A stretch of 64,000 nucleotides of DNA. Source: Methanobacteriota archaeon (GTDB lineage Archaea; Thermoplasmatota; Thermoplasmata; RBG-16-68-12). Every line of letters starts with the position of its first letter. Positions within the stretch are counted from its first letter, which is position 1. The notes beneath the pieces are model-generated. The model was not told the origin of the DNA and searched no databases. It saw only the letters and a list, made by a program, of their open reading frames with translations. Both the position numbers and the translations under genes were made by a program. Of the stretch, positions 9,381 to 18,048 are shown one piece after another. The stretch lies in assembly GCA_005878615.1 (NCBI GenBank), contig VBLT01000105.1, positions 3,414-67,413 on the forward strand, given 5' to 3'.

Positions 9381-10238
9381 TCAGGCGCGGGCCTCGCCGA
9401 TCGCCATGATCGCTTCGCGGATGAGGCGCGCCCCGAGCAACGCCGTCTGGCCGAAGTCCCAGGCAGGGCTGACTTCGTTCAGGTCCATGCCGACGAGGTG
9501 CGGGCCCAGCGTGCCGATCAGCTCCTTCACCTGGAAGGGCGAGAGGCCGAACGGCTCCGGGTTCCCGACCGCGGGGGCGTACGCGGGATCCACTCCGTCC
9601 ATGTCGATCGTCAGATAGATCTTGTCTCGGCTGACCGCCTTGAGCGCCCGCTCGGCCCCCGCCGTCATGCCCCGATCATGGATATCGTACACGCTGACAT
9701 AGGTGAGGCCCAACCGTTCGAGGTCTTCCCGTTCCTCGCGGCTGTACGAGCGGACCCCCAGGTATACCACATGCTCCACGCCGACGTGGTCCGCGATCCG
9801 GCGAGCGCTGCAGGCGTGCGACCATGAGTCGTTCAGGTAGGAGTCGCGGAAATCCAAGTGGGCGTCGATCCCGAGGACGCCGATGTCCTTGGCGAACCCG
9901 CGGACGACCGCAGGGGCGAGGCTGTGCTCGCCGCCAATGACGATCGGAATCTTCCCCGCGCGGACGATGTCGGAGGCCCGCTGGGTGACGCCCGCGACCA
10001 TGTCGACCGTGGGACCGTAGGCCGGGGTGTCGCCGAGGTCGGCGACGGGGACGTCGAGCAAGTCCCGCTGGTGATCCATCATGTAGGTCTCGAAGTTGTA
10101 CGAGGCTTCCCGGATTGCACGCGGTGCGAACCGGGACCCGCCGCGGAAGGAGCAGGTGTGATCGTACGGCACGCCGAACAAGGCGATGCGGGCGGCGTCG
10201 TACTTCGCGACGGCGTCCGCGAAGTGGGGCGCGGCCAT
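9381..10238 (-). CDS. speB: Agmatinase (ureohydrolase)
   Basis: GGEHS, DAHLD, SHA, TIDMDGVDP; adjacent to aIF5A. Confidence 0.92.
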   Translation of the reverse strand: MAAPHFADAVAKYDAARIALFGVPYDHTCSFRGGSRFAPRAIREASYNFETYMMDHQRDLLDVPVADLGDTPAYGPTVDMVAGVTQRASDIVRAGKIPIVIGGEHSLAPAVVRGFAKDIGVLGIDAHLDFRDSYLNDSWSHACSARRIADHVGVEHVVYLGVRSYSREEREDLERLGLTYVSVYDIHDRGMTAGAERALKAVSRDKIYLTIDMDGVDPAYAPAVGNPEPFGLSPFQVKELIGTLGPHLVGMDLNEVSPAWDFGQTALLGARLIREAIMAIGEARA

Positions 10239-10281
10239 CCGGAGGCCGCAACGGCGTGGGCTTATTTGAGGACGAGGCCCC

Positions 10282-10668
10282 TCAGTTCGTCGTCATCTTG
10301 CGGCGGCCGAGCGTCTCCATGTACATGACCTCCTGGCCGGGCTGGATTTTTCCCTGCAAATCGTCCGGCACGGGAAGCTCGAACGTCTGGTACGTGGCCA
10401 TGTCCATGAGCTGCACGACGTTGGCGCGCATCGACAAGATCTGCGCCTTCCTCTTGTCGATCATCGGGACGCGGACCTTGTGGGTCACGGGGTGGACGAT
10501 CGATCGCTTCTGACCGTCGAAAAGGCCGACCACCTCGAGGCGGGCTTTCGCCTCGCCGTGTTTTCCGGGCTTCGAGGTCTGGATGCTGAGGATCCGACAC
10601 GGTTCGTCATCGACGACGATGTACCGGTTCACCTTGAGTTCGCGGATCTCCGCCTGCTCCCATGACAT
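10282..10668 (-). CDS. eif5a: Translation factor aIF-5A
   Basis: Hypusination loop SKPGKHGEAK. Confidence 0.96.
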   Translation of the reverse strand: MSWEQAEIRELKVNRYIVVDDEPCRILSIQTSKPGKHGEAKARLEVVGLFDGQKRSIVHPVTHKVRVPMIDKRKAQILSMRANVVQLMDMATYQTFELPVPDDLQGKIQPGQEVMYMETLGRRKMTTN

Positions 10669-10713
10669 CGAGATTCTCCGGCGGCGATACTGGCGGCTGC
10701 TTAAAATGTTTCC

Positions 10714-11784
10714 TCAGGGGCGCCGACCTTTTCGCGATCCATATTTCTTTCGCGGCACACTCCGAGCCGGACGAACCGGTCGCTCGGCCTTGCGCCGACG
10801 GATCTCTTCGACGGATACATCCAGGTCGCGCAGGAGGTCCGGCGCGATGTGTCGCTTCGTGTACGCGTCGGCGCGCGCGGCCATCGAGATGCGACCGGCG
10901 AGCGTTCGCGCGATGGCGCCCCGCTGCCATTTCGGCGCGCGGTGGACCAGGGGATGCTGGAATAGGACTCCGTGTTTCGGAGGCCGCGACCCGGTGCGCA
11001 GGTGCCGGAACAGGGCGCGCTCCGCCCCGAGCAATTGGACGGTGCCCGTAGGCGCGCGAGCGAGTTCCTCGACCCCTCCCGCCAACGTGACGAGCCGTGC
11101 GGCGATGAGGGGTCCTGCGAGTTCGGACACATTCGGCGCGAGCTCGCGGACGGATCGTTCCACATAGGCTTCGATGGACTTCCGTCGTTCCGCGACTTGT
11201 TGCGCCAAGCCCGCGAACGACTTGATCTCCGCTTCGTCCCGATCGGTGAGCGATGCGCCCACGCTCTCCTGGGACGCAATCGGCATACGTTCCCTGCGAC
11301 CGTGCGTCGCCACCAGGTCCAGGTACGTCGCCGTGTCGACGACCGGGGAGAGCTCCGGGAAGTGGAGCCCGTACCACTCCCGGAGGCGTTCGACGATCGC
11401 GTTCTCCTGCTCCTGAATCTCGTCGAGGGCGCCAACCGCTTGGCGGAGATGGTCCTCAGGCCCGACGGCCTCCCGCATCCGTTCCTTCCCGAGGCGGACC
11501 ATCGCCGCGTGGAGGAGGTCCCGACCGTACCCGAACGGCTCCGGATCGAGGAAGGGCGGCCGCTCCTTGGTCCGGTTTCCGCCGGCCCGTTCCAGCCGCG
11601 GCTCGAGGACGAAGACCTCGTCGGCGAGGCTCATCAGATCCCGCTCCTCGGGCAGGACCTTCCAATCCTCCACGAGGCTCAGTCGCTCCGCGATGGCCTT
11701 CTCGTCCTTCGGGAAGAGTCGCTGGTGGACGACCGTCCCTTCGTCCAGGAGGAAGGAGCCGAACCATGTCGTGACGAGCAGCAC
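10714..11784 (-). CDS. nop5: Nop5/Nop56-58 C/D-box sRNP protein
   Basis: LREWYGLHFPEL, QLLGAERALFRHL, PPKHGVLFQHP. Confidence 0.93.
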   Translation of the reverse strand: MLLVTTWFGSFLLDEGTVVHQRLFPKDEKAIAERLSLVEDWKVLPEERDLMSLADEVFVLEPRLERAGGNRTKERPPFLDPEPFGYGRDLLHAAMVRLGKERMREAVGPEDHLRQAVGALDEIQEQENAIVERLREWYGLHFPELSPVVDTATYLDLVATHGRRERMPIASQESVGASLTDRDEAEIKSFAGLAQQVAERRKSIEAYVERSVRELAPNVSELAGPLIAARLVTLAGGVEELARAPTGTVQLLGAERALFRHLRTGSRPPKHGVLFQHPLVHRAPKWQRGAIARTLAGRISMAARADAYTKRHIAPDLLRDLDVSVEEIRRRKAERPVRPARSVPRKKYGSRKGRRP

Positions 11785-11823
11785 GCCGTCGCGAAGAGGC
11801 TCGGTCCGTAAAAGCGTATGCGC

Positions 11824-12882
11824 TCAGCGAGCCTTCGGGCCCTTCCCTTTCTTCGAGGTCGCCTTCTTTGGACGCGATGGGGCCTTCTTCATCGAACGCA
11901 GCTGGGCGGGCTTCCACACTCCGGTCTCGGTGATGAAGCCCGTGATGTACTTCGCGGGCGTCACGTCGAAGGCCGGGTTCCGGGCCGGACTCCCCTTCGG
12001 GGCGATCGGCTGCCCGTCGAGGTGGAGGACCTCTTGAGGGGAGCGCTCCTCGATCGGGATTTTCCCTCCGGAAAGCAGACCGAAATCGATCGTGCTCGTC
12101 GGCGCCGCGACGTAGAACGGGACGCCGTTCTCCCGGGCGATCACGGCCAAGCCGTACGTCCCGATCTTGTTCGCCGTGTCCCCGTTCGCCGCGATTCGAT
12201 CCGCGCCGAGCAAGACCAGGTCCACTTCGCCGCGGCCCAGGAAGGCCCCCGCCGCCCCATCCGTGATGATGGAATGGTCGATCCCTTCCTGCAGCAGTTC
12301 CCACGAGGTGAGCCGGGCGCCTTGCAACCGGGGACGCGTCTCGTCGACGTAGACGAAGAAGCGCCGACCCTGCTCCTTCGCGACCCGCATCGGAGCCATC
12401 GCGGTCCCGTAGTCGACCGCCGCCAGGGCCCCGGCGTTGCAGTGGGTGAGGATCCTCGTCCCGTCGAGGATCAGCTTGGCGCCGTGCTCGCCGATTTTCC
12501 GGCAGCGTTCGATGTCTTCCTCGGCATATCGATTGGCGGCCGAAACCAGGTCGCCGCCATTGGCCGTGGCCTTCAGCATATATTCGATGGCGAAGAAGAG
12601 GTCCTGCCCGGTCGGCCGAGTCTTCCGAAGCCGGTCGGCGGCCGCCTTCAGGTCGAGCCCTTGGAGGCCGGCCTGGGCCAATCCGTAGGCCGCCGTCGCC
12701 CCGATCGCGGGTGCACCGCGGACGACCATGTCCTCGATCGCGACGGCGACGTCCTCCGTATTCTTCGCCTCGTAGATTCGGAGGTCGAAGGGCAGGTAAC
12801 GCTGGTCGATCAGCTTCACAAGACCGTCCTCGAGCCAGACGGTCCTCAGCTCGCGCGCGGTGCCATCGAGGGTGACGTGCAC
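11824..12882 (-). CDS. mtnA: Methylthioribose-1-phosphate isomerase (eIF2B-alpha-like family)
   Basis: VRGAPAIG, RPT, THCNAG, DETRPRLQG, GADRI, NKIGTY, NPAFDVTP. Confidence 0.93.
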   Translation of the reverse strand: MHVTLDGTARELRTVWLEDGLVKLIDQRYLPFDLRIYEAKNTEDVAVAIEDMVVRGAPAIGATAAYGLAQAGLQGLDLKAAADRLRKTRPTGQDLFFAIEYMLKATANGGDLVSAANRYAEEDIERCRKIGEHGAKLILDGTRILTHCNAGALAAVDYGTAMAPMRVAKEQGRRFFVYVDETRPRLQGARLTSWELLQEGIDHSIITDGAAGAFLGRGEVDLVLLGADRIAANGDTANKIGTYGLAVIARENGVPFYVAAPTSTIDFGLLSGGKIPIEERSPQEVLHLDGQPIAPKGSPARNPAFDVTPAKYITGFITETGVWKPAQLRSMKKAPSRPKKATSKKGKGPKAR

Positions 12883-12892
12883 GAGGCTCCCC

Positions 12893-13129
12893 CTAGGGGC
12901 GTCGGAGGGAGGAAAGGAGGCTCGAGAGACCCGGCCGGCCCAACTCCCGCTTCATCTCGCGGGTGAGGGAGTCGTAGTAGGCGACCTGCTGCTCGACTTT
13001 GGCCAACTCGTCGTCGAGGCGGCGACGTTCGTCCGCCAGGCTCTGGAGCGCGTCGAGGATCCGCCGTTCGCGCTGCCGCCACCGTTCCATCTCCCGCTCG
13101 ATGCCGACGGGCCCGGGCAACCGCCTCAC
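12893..13129 (-). CDS. Small coiled-coil hypothetical protein
   Basis: ERRILDALQSLADERRRLDDELAKVEQQVAYY heptads; probable GTG start overlapping the upstream stop; start uncertain. Confidence 0.6.
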   Translation of the reverse strand: MRRLPGPVGIEREMERWRQRERRILDALQSLADERRRLDDELAKVEQQVAYYDSLTREMKRELGRPGLSSLLSSLRRP

Positions 13130-13353
13130 CTCCCCGGTACGATCGGGGGGACCGCGGTCCCGGGCTGGGTCCCCATGTGCCGATCGAGGAGGACCCGGCC
13201 GAATTCCAAGATTTTGTTCCGCACCCCCCCGAGTTCTTTCCGGAGGACGGACCGGCGGCGGTCGAGCTGCCGGATTCGCTCGCGGATCCGCTTTCGGCGT
13301 TCCCGCCATTTCTTCTGTTCTTCCAAGGCGAGGAGGACGTGGGAGGAATCCAT
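13126..13353 (-). CDS. Small basic coiled-coil hypothetical protein
   Basis: 75 aa; LLALEEQKKWRERRKRIRERIRQLDRRRSVLRKEL; AT-rich promoter-like stretch upstream. Confidence 0.6.
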   Translation of the reverse strand: MDSSHVLLALEEQKKWRERRKRIRERIRQLDRRRSVLRKELGGVRNKILEFGRVLLDRHMGTQPGTAVPPIVPGR

Positions 13354-13408
13354 CGAGTGCGATCCACTCCAGATGGTCCAGACTATTTAATCGTGCTGTC
13401 TCCGCTGT

Positions 13409-13714
13409 TCATTCCTCTTTTATCTGGGCGCCCGGAATCACGTACTTGAACAGGTCGAACAGGTTCATCGCCTGCGTCACGAAGTCTTTCGCGATCCCTT
13501 CGCCGGCGTCGAGCCCGAAAACGAGCTGGAGGTCATCGACCTTCCAGACGCTCACCAGATTGGCCACCGTGCGCTGGGTGCCGGCCTCGCTCACGCGAAG
13601 CTTGCCGATCAAGTTCTCACCATCCCGGCTCGTGGAGAGGGAGACCAGGTAACCGCGGCCCTGGAGCTGCTTCTTCGCGATCGTCGTCATGTCGGATTTG
13701 TCCTCCTTGGCCAT
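13409..13714 (-). CDS. Hypothetical protein
   Basis: 101 aa, normal composition (MAKEDKSD...FKYVIPGAQIKEE); divergent from tRNA-Val. Confidence 0.65.
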   Translation of the reverse strand: MAKEDKSDMTTIAKKQLQGRGYLVSLSTSRDGENLIGKLRVSEAGTQRTVANLVSVWKVDDLQLVFGLDAGEGIAKDFVTQAMNLFDLFKYVIPGAQIKEE

Positions 13715-13797
13715 CGAGGGTGACTCCGGCGCCGCTATCCCGACCATCGCTAATAAAGACTGTGAGGTGGCACCCATCGCAGCTCCCACCCTGGAGA

Positions 13798-13803
13798 TTT
13801 ATA
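13798..13803 (+). promoter_or_regulatory. Putative TATA box of tRNA-Val(CAC)
   Basis: TTTATA about 26 nt upstream of the tRNA 5' end. Confidence 0.55.
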
Positions 13804-13828
13804 CGGCCCGGCGTGTTCCACCGCCGTC

Positions 13829-13901
13829 GGGCTCGTGGTCTAGCGGTTATGACATCGCTCTCACACAGCGAAGGTCACCGGTTCGAATCCGGTCGAGCCC
13901 A
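13829..13901 (+). tRNA. tRNA-Val(CAC)
   Basis: GGGCTCG/CGAGCCC acceptor, anticodon arm TCGCT-CTCACAC-AGCGA, GTTCGAATC. Confidence 0.95.
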
Positions 13902-13927
13902 CTCCGGTTCCGATTCGACCCGCGCCA

Positions 13928-14236
13928 TTAGTGTGCGACGGTCGCCGTGAGGGCCGCGACCAGCACCGCCACGAGGGCGAGGCCCGCCAACGGGATCAAC
14001 GCGACCCACCGCGGCTCGTATCGCAGGTGCATGTAGTAAGCGACCACCAAGCTCGCCTTCACGGTGGCGAGGATGACGAGGATGATGATCGTCTCCAGGT
14101 GAGGCAAGCCGAGGCTGTACACACTCAATTCGACGAGCGTCACCACCGCGAGGACGACGAACACGACCACATAGGGGCGCTTCTTCAGCTCCTCCACGGC
14201 CCCGGTGGCATGCGTCGCGGTCGCCGTCTCGCTCAT
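13928..14236 (-). CDS. Heme-copper oxidase subunit IV
   Basis: KASLVVAYYMHLRYE motif, 3 TM. Confidence 0.88.
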   Translation of the reverse strand: MSETATATHATGAVEELKKRPYVVVFVVLAVVTLVELSVYSLGLPHLETIIILVILATVKASLVVAYYMHLRYEPRWVALIPLAGLALVAVLVAALTATVAH

Positions 14237-14244
14237 GCCCTACC

Positions 14245-15084
14245 TCAGATTAGATACACGATCGTGAAGAGGAAGATCCAGACCACATCGACGAAGTGCC
14301 AGTAGAGCCCCGCGAGTTCGACCGCCTCATGGTTCTCCTTCGTGAATCCTCCCTTGAACGCCTTCCTCGTGACGTACGCCATCGCGAGGACGCCGGCGGT
14401 GACGTGCGAGCCGTGAACGCCGGTCTGGGCATAGAATGTGGGACCGTACAGCGGGTTCACTCCCGACCCGGCAGGCGCGTGGGTGAAGGTGAGTCCCTCT
14501 CCAAAGAAGAGGTGTTGGTACTCGAACGCTTGGATGCTGAGGAAGGTGATGCCGAGGAGCAAGGTCGCGAGGAGGAAGAGCCGGAGTTTCGTCTGGTCGC
14601 CGCGTTCGATGGCGGCCAACGCCTCGACCATGGTCAGGCTGCTACAGATCAGGATGAACGTGTTGAGTCCCGTCAACGGCACGTTGAGGATCTGGTTCGG
14701 GGTCGCCCACGGACCTTGGAACGTCGGAAGGCCGACTGTGGCGGTCCGCAGGCGTAGGGTCCAAGAGGCGCCGATGATGGCGGAGAAGAACATGATCTCC
14801 GTCGCCAACATCAGCCACATGCCGAGTTTGCGGGCGCTCACCCGCGGGAGCCGCGACTCGACGGCCGCCGCAAGCCCATAGAAAGGGCTCGAGGGCCGTT
14901 GCAAGTCCTGATGGATCCAGCCTCCGATGCCGCCCGCGAAAATCACGACGCCGGCGAGGAGGAGCGGGATGCTTCCAGATACGATGCCGACGTACGCGAC
15001 GCCCATCCCGACCGCGATGATGACGGGCCAAGGGCTCCCGTGATGCTCCTCCTCGCCTTCTCCGACGGACTCCGGATGCGCCAT
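14245..15084 (-). CDS. Heme-copper oxidase subunit III
   Basis: SPWP, LGMWLMLATEIMFF, NTFILICSS, TGVHGSHV, LYWHFVDVVWIFLF; real start MAHPES, not 16275. Confidence 0.92.
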   Translation of the reverse strand: MAHPESVGEGEEEHHGSPWPVIIAVGMGVAYVGIVSGSIPLLLAGVVIFAGGIGGWIHQDLQRPSSPFYGLAAAVESRLPRVSARKLGMWLMLATEIMFFSAIIGASWTLRLRTATVGLPTFQGPWATPNQILNVPLTGLNTFILICSSLTMVEALAAIERGDQTKLRLFLLATLLLGITFLSIQAFEYQHLFFGEGLTFTHAPAGSGVNPLYGPTFYAQTGVHGSHVTAGVLAMAYVTRKAFKGGFTKENHEAVELAGLYWHFVDVVWIFLFTIVYLI

Positions 15085-15486
15085 CCGCCCGTTCCGGAGC
15101 CGTGGAACATCCAGGCCGCTATAACATCTTCGTTTGTACGCGCAAGGGGTCGTCAGTTCGGACGGAACACCCACGGATCGTGTGCGAGGGTCAGGAACAA
15201 GTCTCGCGACTTCGACCACTCGATGAGCCAATTCGGCACCGCAATTCGCGGTCCCTCGGGTCGAAATCGCATGGAGACTGCGTTTCCTATGAGGGGGATA
15301 AAAGCATCGACGCTCGTGCTGATTTTTATTCCCAGGACATAGAACGCAGGAGGTCGGATGGTGGAATCCGAGGCGCCCACCGAGCGGAGAAAGACCGCAA
15401 GGAACACCGGAAGCGAACATCCGTTGGTAGGGACCAACGAAACGGCTTATACCCGGCCCTCGGATGGGGAGCCCCTCAGGTTTCTC

Positions 15487-16281
15487 ATGCCGAACATCCA
15501 GCGGATGAAGACGAAGCTCGTGCTCCTGGGGGAGAGCGGAGTCGGGAAGACGTCCCTGGTCCGACGGTTCGTCATGAACGAGTACGAAGACGCCTACCTG
15601 CGTACGGTCGGGACTCGGGTCAGCAAGATCGAACTCGTGGTGCCCCATGGAGCGGATGTGGAGGTCCACATGGACATGTCGATCTTCGACATCATGGGCG
15701 AGAAAGGCTTTCGGGACCTTGTCCGGGAGACCTACTACCACGGTGCACAGGCCCTGATGGCGGTCTGCGACCTGACGCGGAAGGAGAGTTTGGACGCGCT
15801 GGCGGATTGGATTTCCGCGGCCCTGGAGGTGACCGGGGACGTGCCCCTCTATCTCGTCGTCAACAAGAAGGATCTCGAACCGCAGCGGGCGATCTCGGAA
15901 GAGGAGATCCGGCGGGCCGCCGAGGTCCACCGTGCGCCGTATGTCCTGACCTCCGCCCGGACCGGCGAATTCGTCGAGGACGTGTTCAATTCCCTCGCCA
16001 TCGAGATGGTCGATCGCGCGTTCCGGCATGAAGAGGAACGCATGGCACAGCGGAGCGTCCGGGACAAGGTGTTGGTGCTGCTGGAGAAACGGGGATCGAT
16101 CGGCTTGAAGAAGAATCAGTTCTTCGATATCCTGCGCGGTGTGCAGTTCGACGAAATCCAGGCCGAGCTCGATCGGCTCGAACGGGAGGGCCTGGTGACG
16201 ATCCTGTGGTACGGGGCCTCCGATTTCGCCGTCACGATCACCCCGCGCGGCGCGAAAGCCGTCCGGCAGGGTCAAGCGTGA
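15487..16281 (+). CDS. Ras/Rab-like small GTPase with C-terminal helical (probable winged-helix) domain
   Basis: G1 GESGVGKTS, G2 TVG, G3 DIMG, G4 NKKD, G5 SAR; about 75-aa C-terminal extension ELDRLEREGLV...ITPRG. Confidence 0.88.
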   Translation: MPNIQRMKTKLVLLGESGVGKTSLVRRFVMNEYEDAYLRTVGTRVSKIELVVPHGADVEVHMDMSIFDIMGEKGFRDLVRETYYHGAQALMAVCDLTRKESLDALADWISAALEVTGDVPLYLVVNKKDLEPQRAISEEEIRRAAEVHRAPYVLTSARTGEFVEDVFNSLAIEMVDRAFRHEEERMAQRSVRDKVLVLLEKRGSIGLKKNQFFDILRGVQFDEIQAELDRLEREGLVTILWYGASDFAVTITPRGAKAVRQGQA

Positions 16282-16315
16282 GGCGCGGCCTAAACCGCCG
16301 CTCGAGGACAGGGCG

Positions 16316-16921
16316 ATGAAGAAGGTCCAACTGGAGCGTACCTTACAGTCGCTCGACCCGATCGCCGATCCGACGGCCGCCTCGGAACAGTATCCGACGC
16401 CCGCGGGGATCGCGGCTGAGCTCGTCTATTTCGGGGCGGGACGCGGCGATATTGCGGGTCGATCCGTCGTAGACCTGGGGTGCGGGAATGGGATCCTCGC
16501 GATCGCCGCGAAACTCCTAGGCGCCGGTCGGGTGCTGGGAATCGATTCGGATTCAAAAGCCCTCGCGGTCGCCCGCCGCAACTCGGCCCGCGCCGGAGTC
16601 GAGGTGGAATGGGTTCGGAGGACCGTCGACGGATTCCACGAGCCCTTCGATACCGTCGTGATGAATCCTCCGTTCGGGGCCCAGACCCGAAAGGCCGATC
16701 GTCCGTTCCTCGACGCCGCGATCGCCAGCGGCCGGGTGGCCTACACGTTTCTCAATCCAGCGTCGGAGGAATTCGTGCGACGACGGATCGAGGCCTCCGG
16801 AGGTTCGATCACCGATCGCCTCGAGTACGCCTTTCCGATCGCACATCTGTTCCCTTTCCATCGGGACGAGCTCCGGACGATTGCCGTGCTCCTCTTCCGC
16901 TTCGAGGTGGCGAAGGACTAA
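16316..16921 (+). CDS. METTL5-family N6-adenine RNA methyltransferase
   Basis: EQYPTP, DLGCGNG, MNPPFG, ADRPFL. Confidence 0.88.
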   Translation: MKKVQLERTLQSLDPIADPTAASEQYPTPAGIAAELVYFGAGRGDIAGRSVVDLGCGNGILAIAAKLLGAGRVLGIDSDSKALAVARRNSARAGVEVEWVRRTVDGFHEPFDTVVMNPPFGAQTRKADRPFLDAAIASGRVAYTFLNPASEEFVRRRIEASGGSITDRLEYAFPIAHLFPFHRDELRTIAVLLFRFEVAKD

Positions 16922-16968
16922 ATACCGAGGTCCCCTGTGCGTCCGGAACGAGGAGCGAATCGGTCCGA

Positions 16969-17727
16969 ATGGAAGCGAAGATGGTCCTCCCCGGAGACGA
17001 GATCGCCGTCGCGGAGGAGTTTGAACCCGGCGAGGGAACGTACGAGAAGAATGGCCGCGTGTACGCGGCGACCCCGGGCGTCCTCATCCTCGATCCGGCG
17101 AACCGCGTCGCCCGCGTTCGCGCCTTCAATCCTCCGGCCGAATTGAAAGTCGGCGATATCGTGTACGGGACGATCGACGACATCCGGGGGATGATGGCGA
17201 CCGCCACAGTCCTGGCGATCCACGGCCGAACCCGACAGGTCAGCGGGGAAGCCGAAGGGACCATCCACATCTCCAATGTCTCCGAGGACTACACGGAGGA
17301 CATCCACGACAAATTCCGCCTCGGCGACATCATCCGAGCGAAGGTCATCCAAGTCAAGCCGTCCGTCCAACTGACGACGGCCGAGGCGAACCTGGGTGTG
17401 GTCAAGGCGCTCTGTTCCGTCTGTCGCGGACCCCTCGAACTCCGAGGACACGACCTGTACTGTCCGAGAGACGAACGGACCGAGCGAAGGAAGGTCGCCG
17501 CAGACTACGCGGATCTTCGTCTCTTCGTTCCGGCGACGCAACTCGGCGGAGGAACGATCCCGGAGAAACATCGCGGAGGGCGTCCCGAAGGGGCGGACCG
17601 CGGAGGTCGGGACCGAGGCGGACGGGGCGGCGGCCGCGAACGGTTCCGCGATCGCGGCGGAGGCGGTAGGGGTCGCGACAGGCGAGGTGGCGGAGGCCGG
17701 GATCGCGATCGCGACCGTCGCCGGTGA
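16969..17727 (+). CDS. csl4: Exosome RNA-binding protein Csl4 with RGG-rich tail
   Basis: VLPGD..EEFEPGEGTY, S1 domain IHISNV...GDIIRAKV, LGVVKALCSVC, ERRK. Confidence 0.92.
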   Translation: MEAKMVLPGDEIAVAEEFEPGEGTYEKNGRVYAATPGVLILDPANRVARVRAFNPPAELKVGDIVYGTIDDIRGMMATATVLAIHGRTRQVSGEAEGTIHISNVSEDYTEDIHDKFRLGDIIRAKVIQVKPSVQLTTAEANLGVVKALCSVCRGPLELRGHDLYCPRDERTERRKVAADYADLRLFVPATQLGGGTIPEKHRGGRPEGADRGGRDRGGRGGGRERFRDRGGGGRGRDRRGGGGRDRDRDRRR

Positions 17728-17826
17728 CGAAAAATTTCTGACCGTTGCGTTCCGAGAATTAGCACCAAGAATCGAAGGCAAAAAGATATGAACCTTCCCC
17801 GTGATAGCAGCCCGAAGAAGTTGCCG

Positions 17827-17991
17827 ATGTCTCCGTCCAACGAAGAACTCATGCGGGAGCTCAGCCGACTTCGCTCGGAAATTCAGCAGCTCCGGGAGGT
17901 CGTCAGCGCCCTGTTCAACGCGGTCTTCGAGGAAGGGGAAGAAGACTGGGACACGGTCCCTGAGAAGGACGAATTCAACCTTTACAACTGA
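17827..17991 (+). CDS. Small acidic coiled-coil hypothetical protein
   Basis: MSPSNEELMRELSRLRSEIQQLREVVSALFNAVFEE... Confidence 0.55.
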   Translation: MSPSNEELMRELSRLRSEIQQLREVVSALFNAVFEEGEEDWDTVPEKDEFNLYN

Positions 17992-18048
17992 TCCGTGCCC
18001 GAAGGCCCGCCGTTCGTTGTTTAATATTCGCGGTGAGTATCCGGACCC

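Noticed and set aside
9381-10668. aIF5A-agmatinase linkage as a new system
   Set aside because: A known archaeal gene pairing linked to polyamine/hypusine metabolism
978-13901. Two similar tRNA-Val genes as att sites of an integrated element
   Set aside because: Both are complete with different anticodons, the enclosed genes are housekeeping, and no integrase is present
17570-17727. GGCGG/GATCGC-rich repetitive DNA as a repeat array or CRISPR
   Set aside because: Irregular, with no spacers; explained by the RGG/RD coding tail of Csl4
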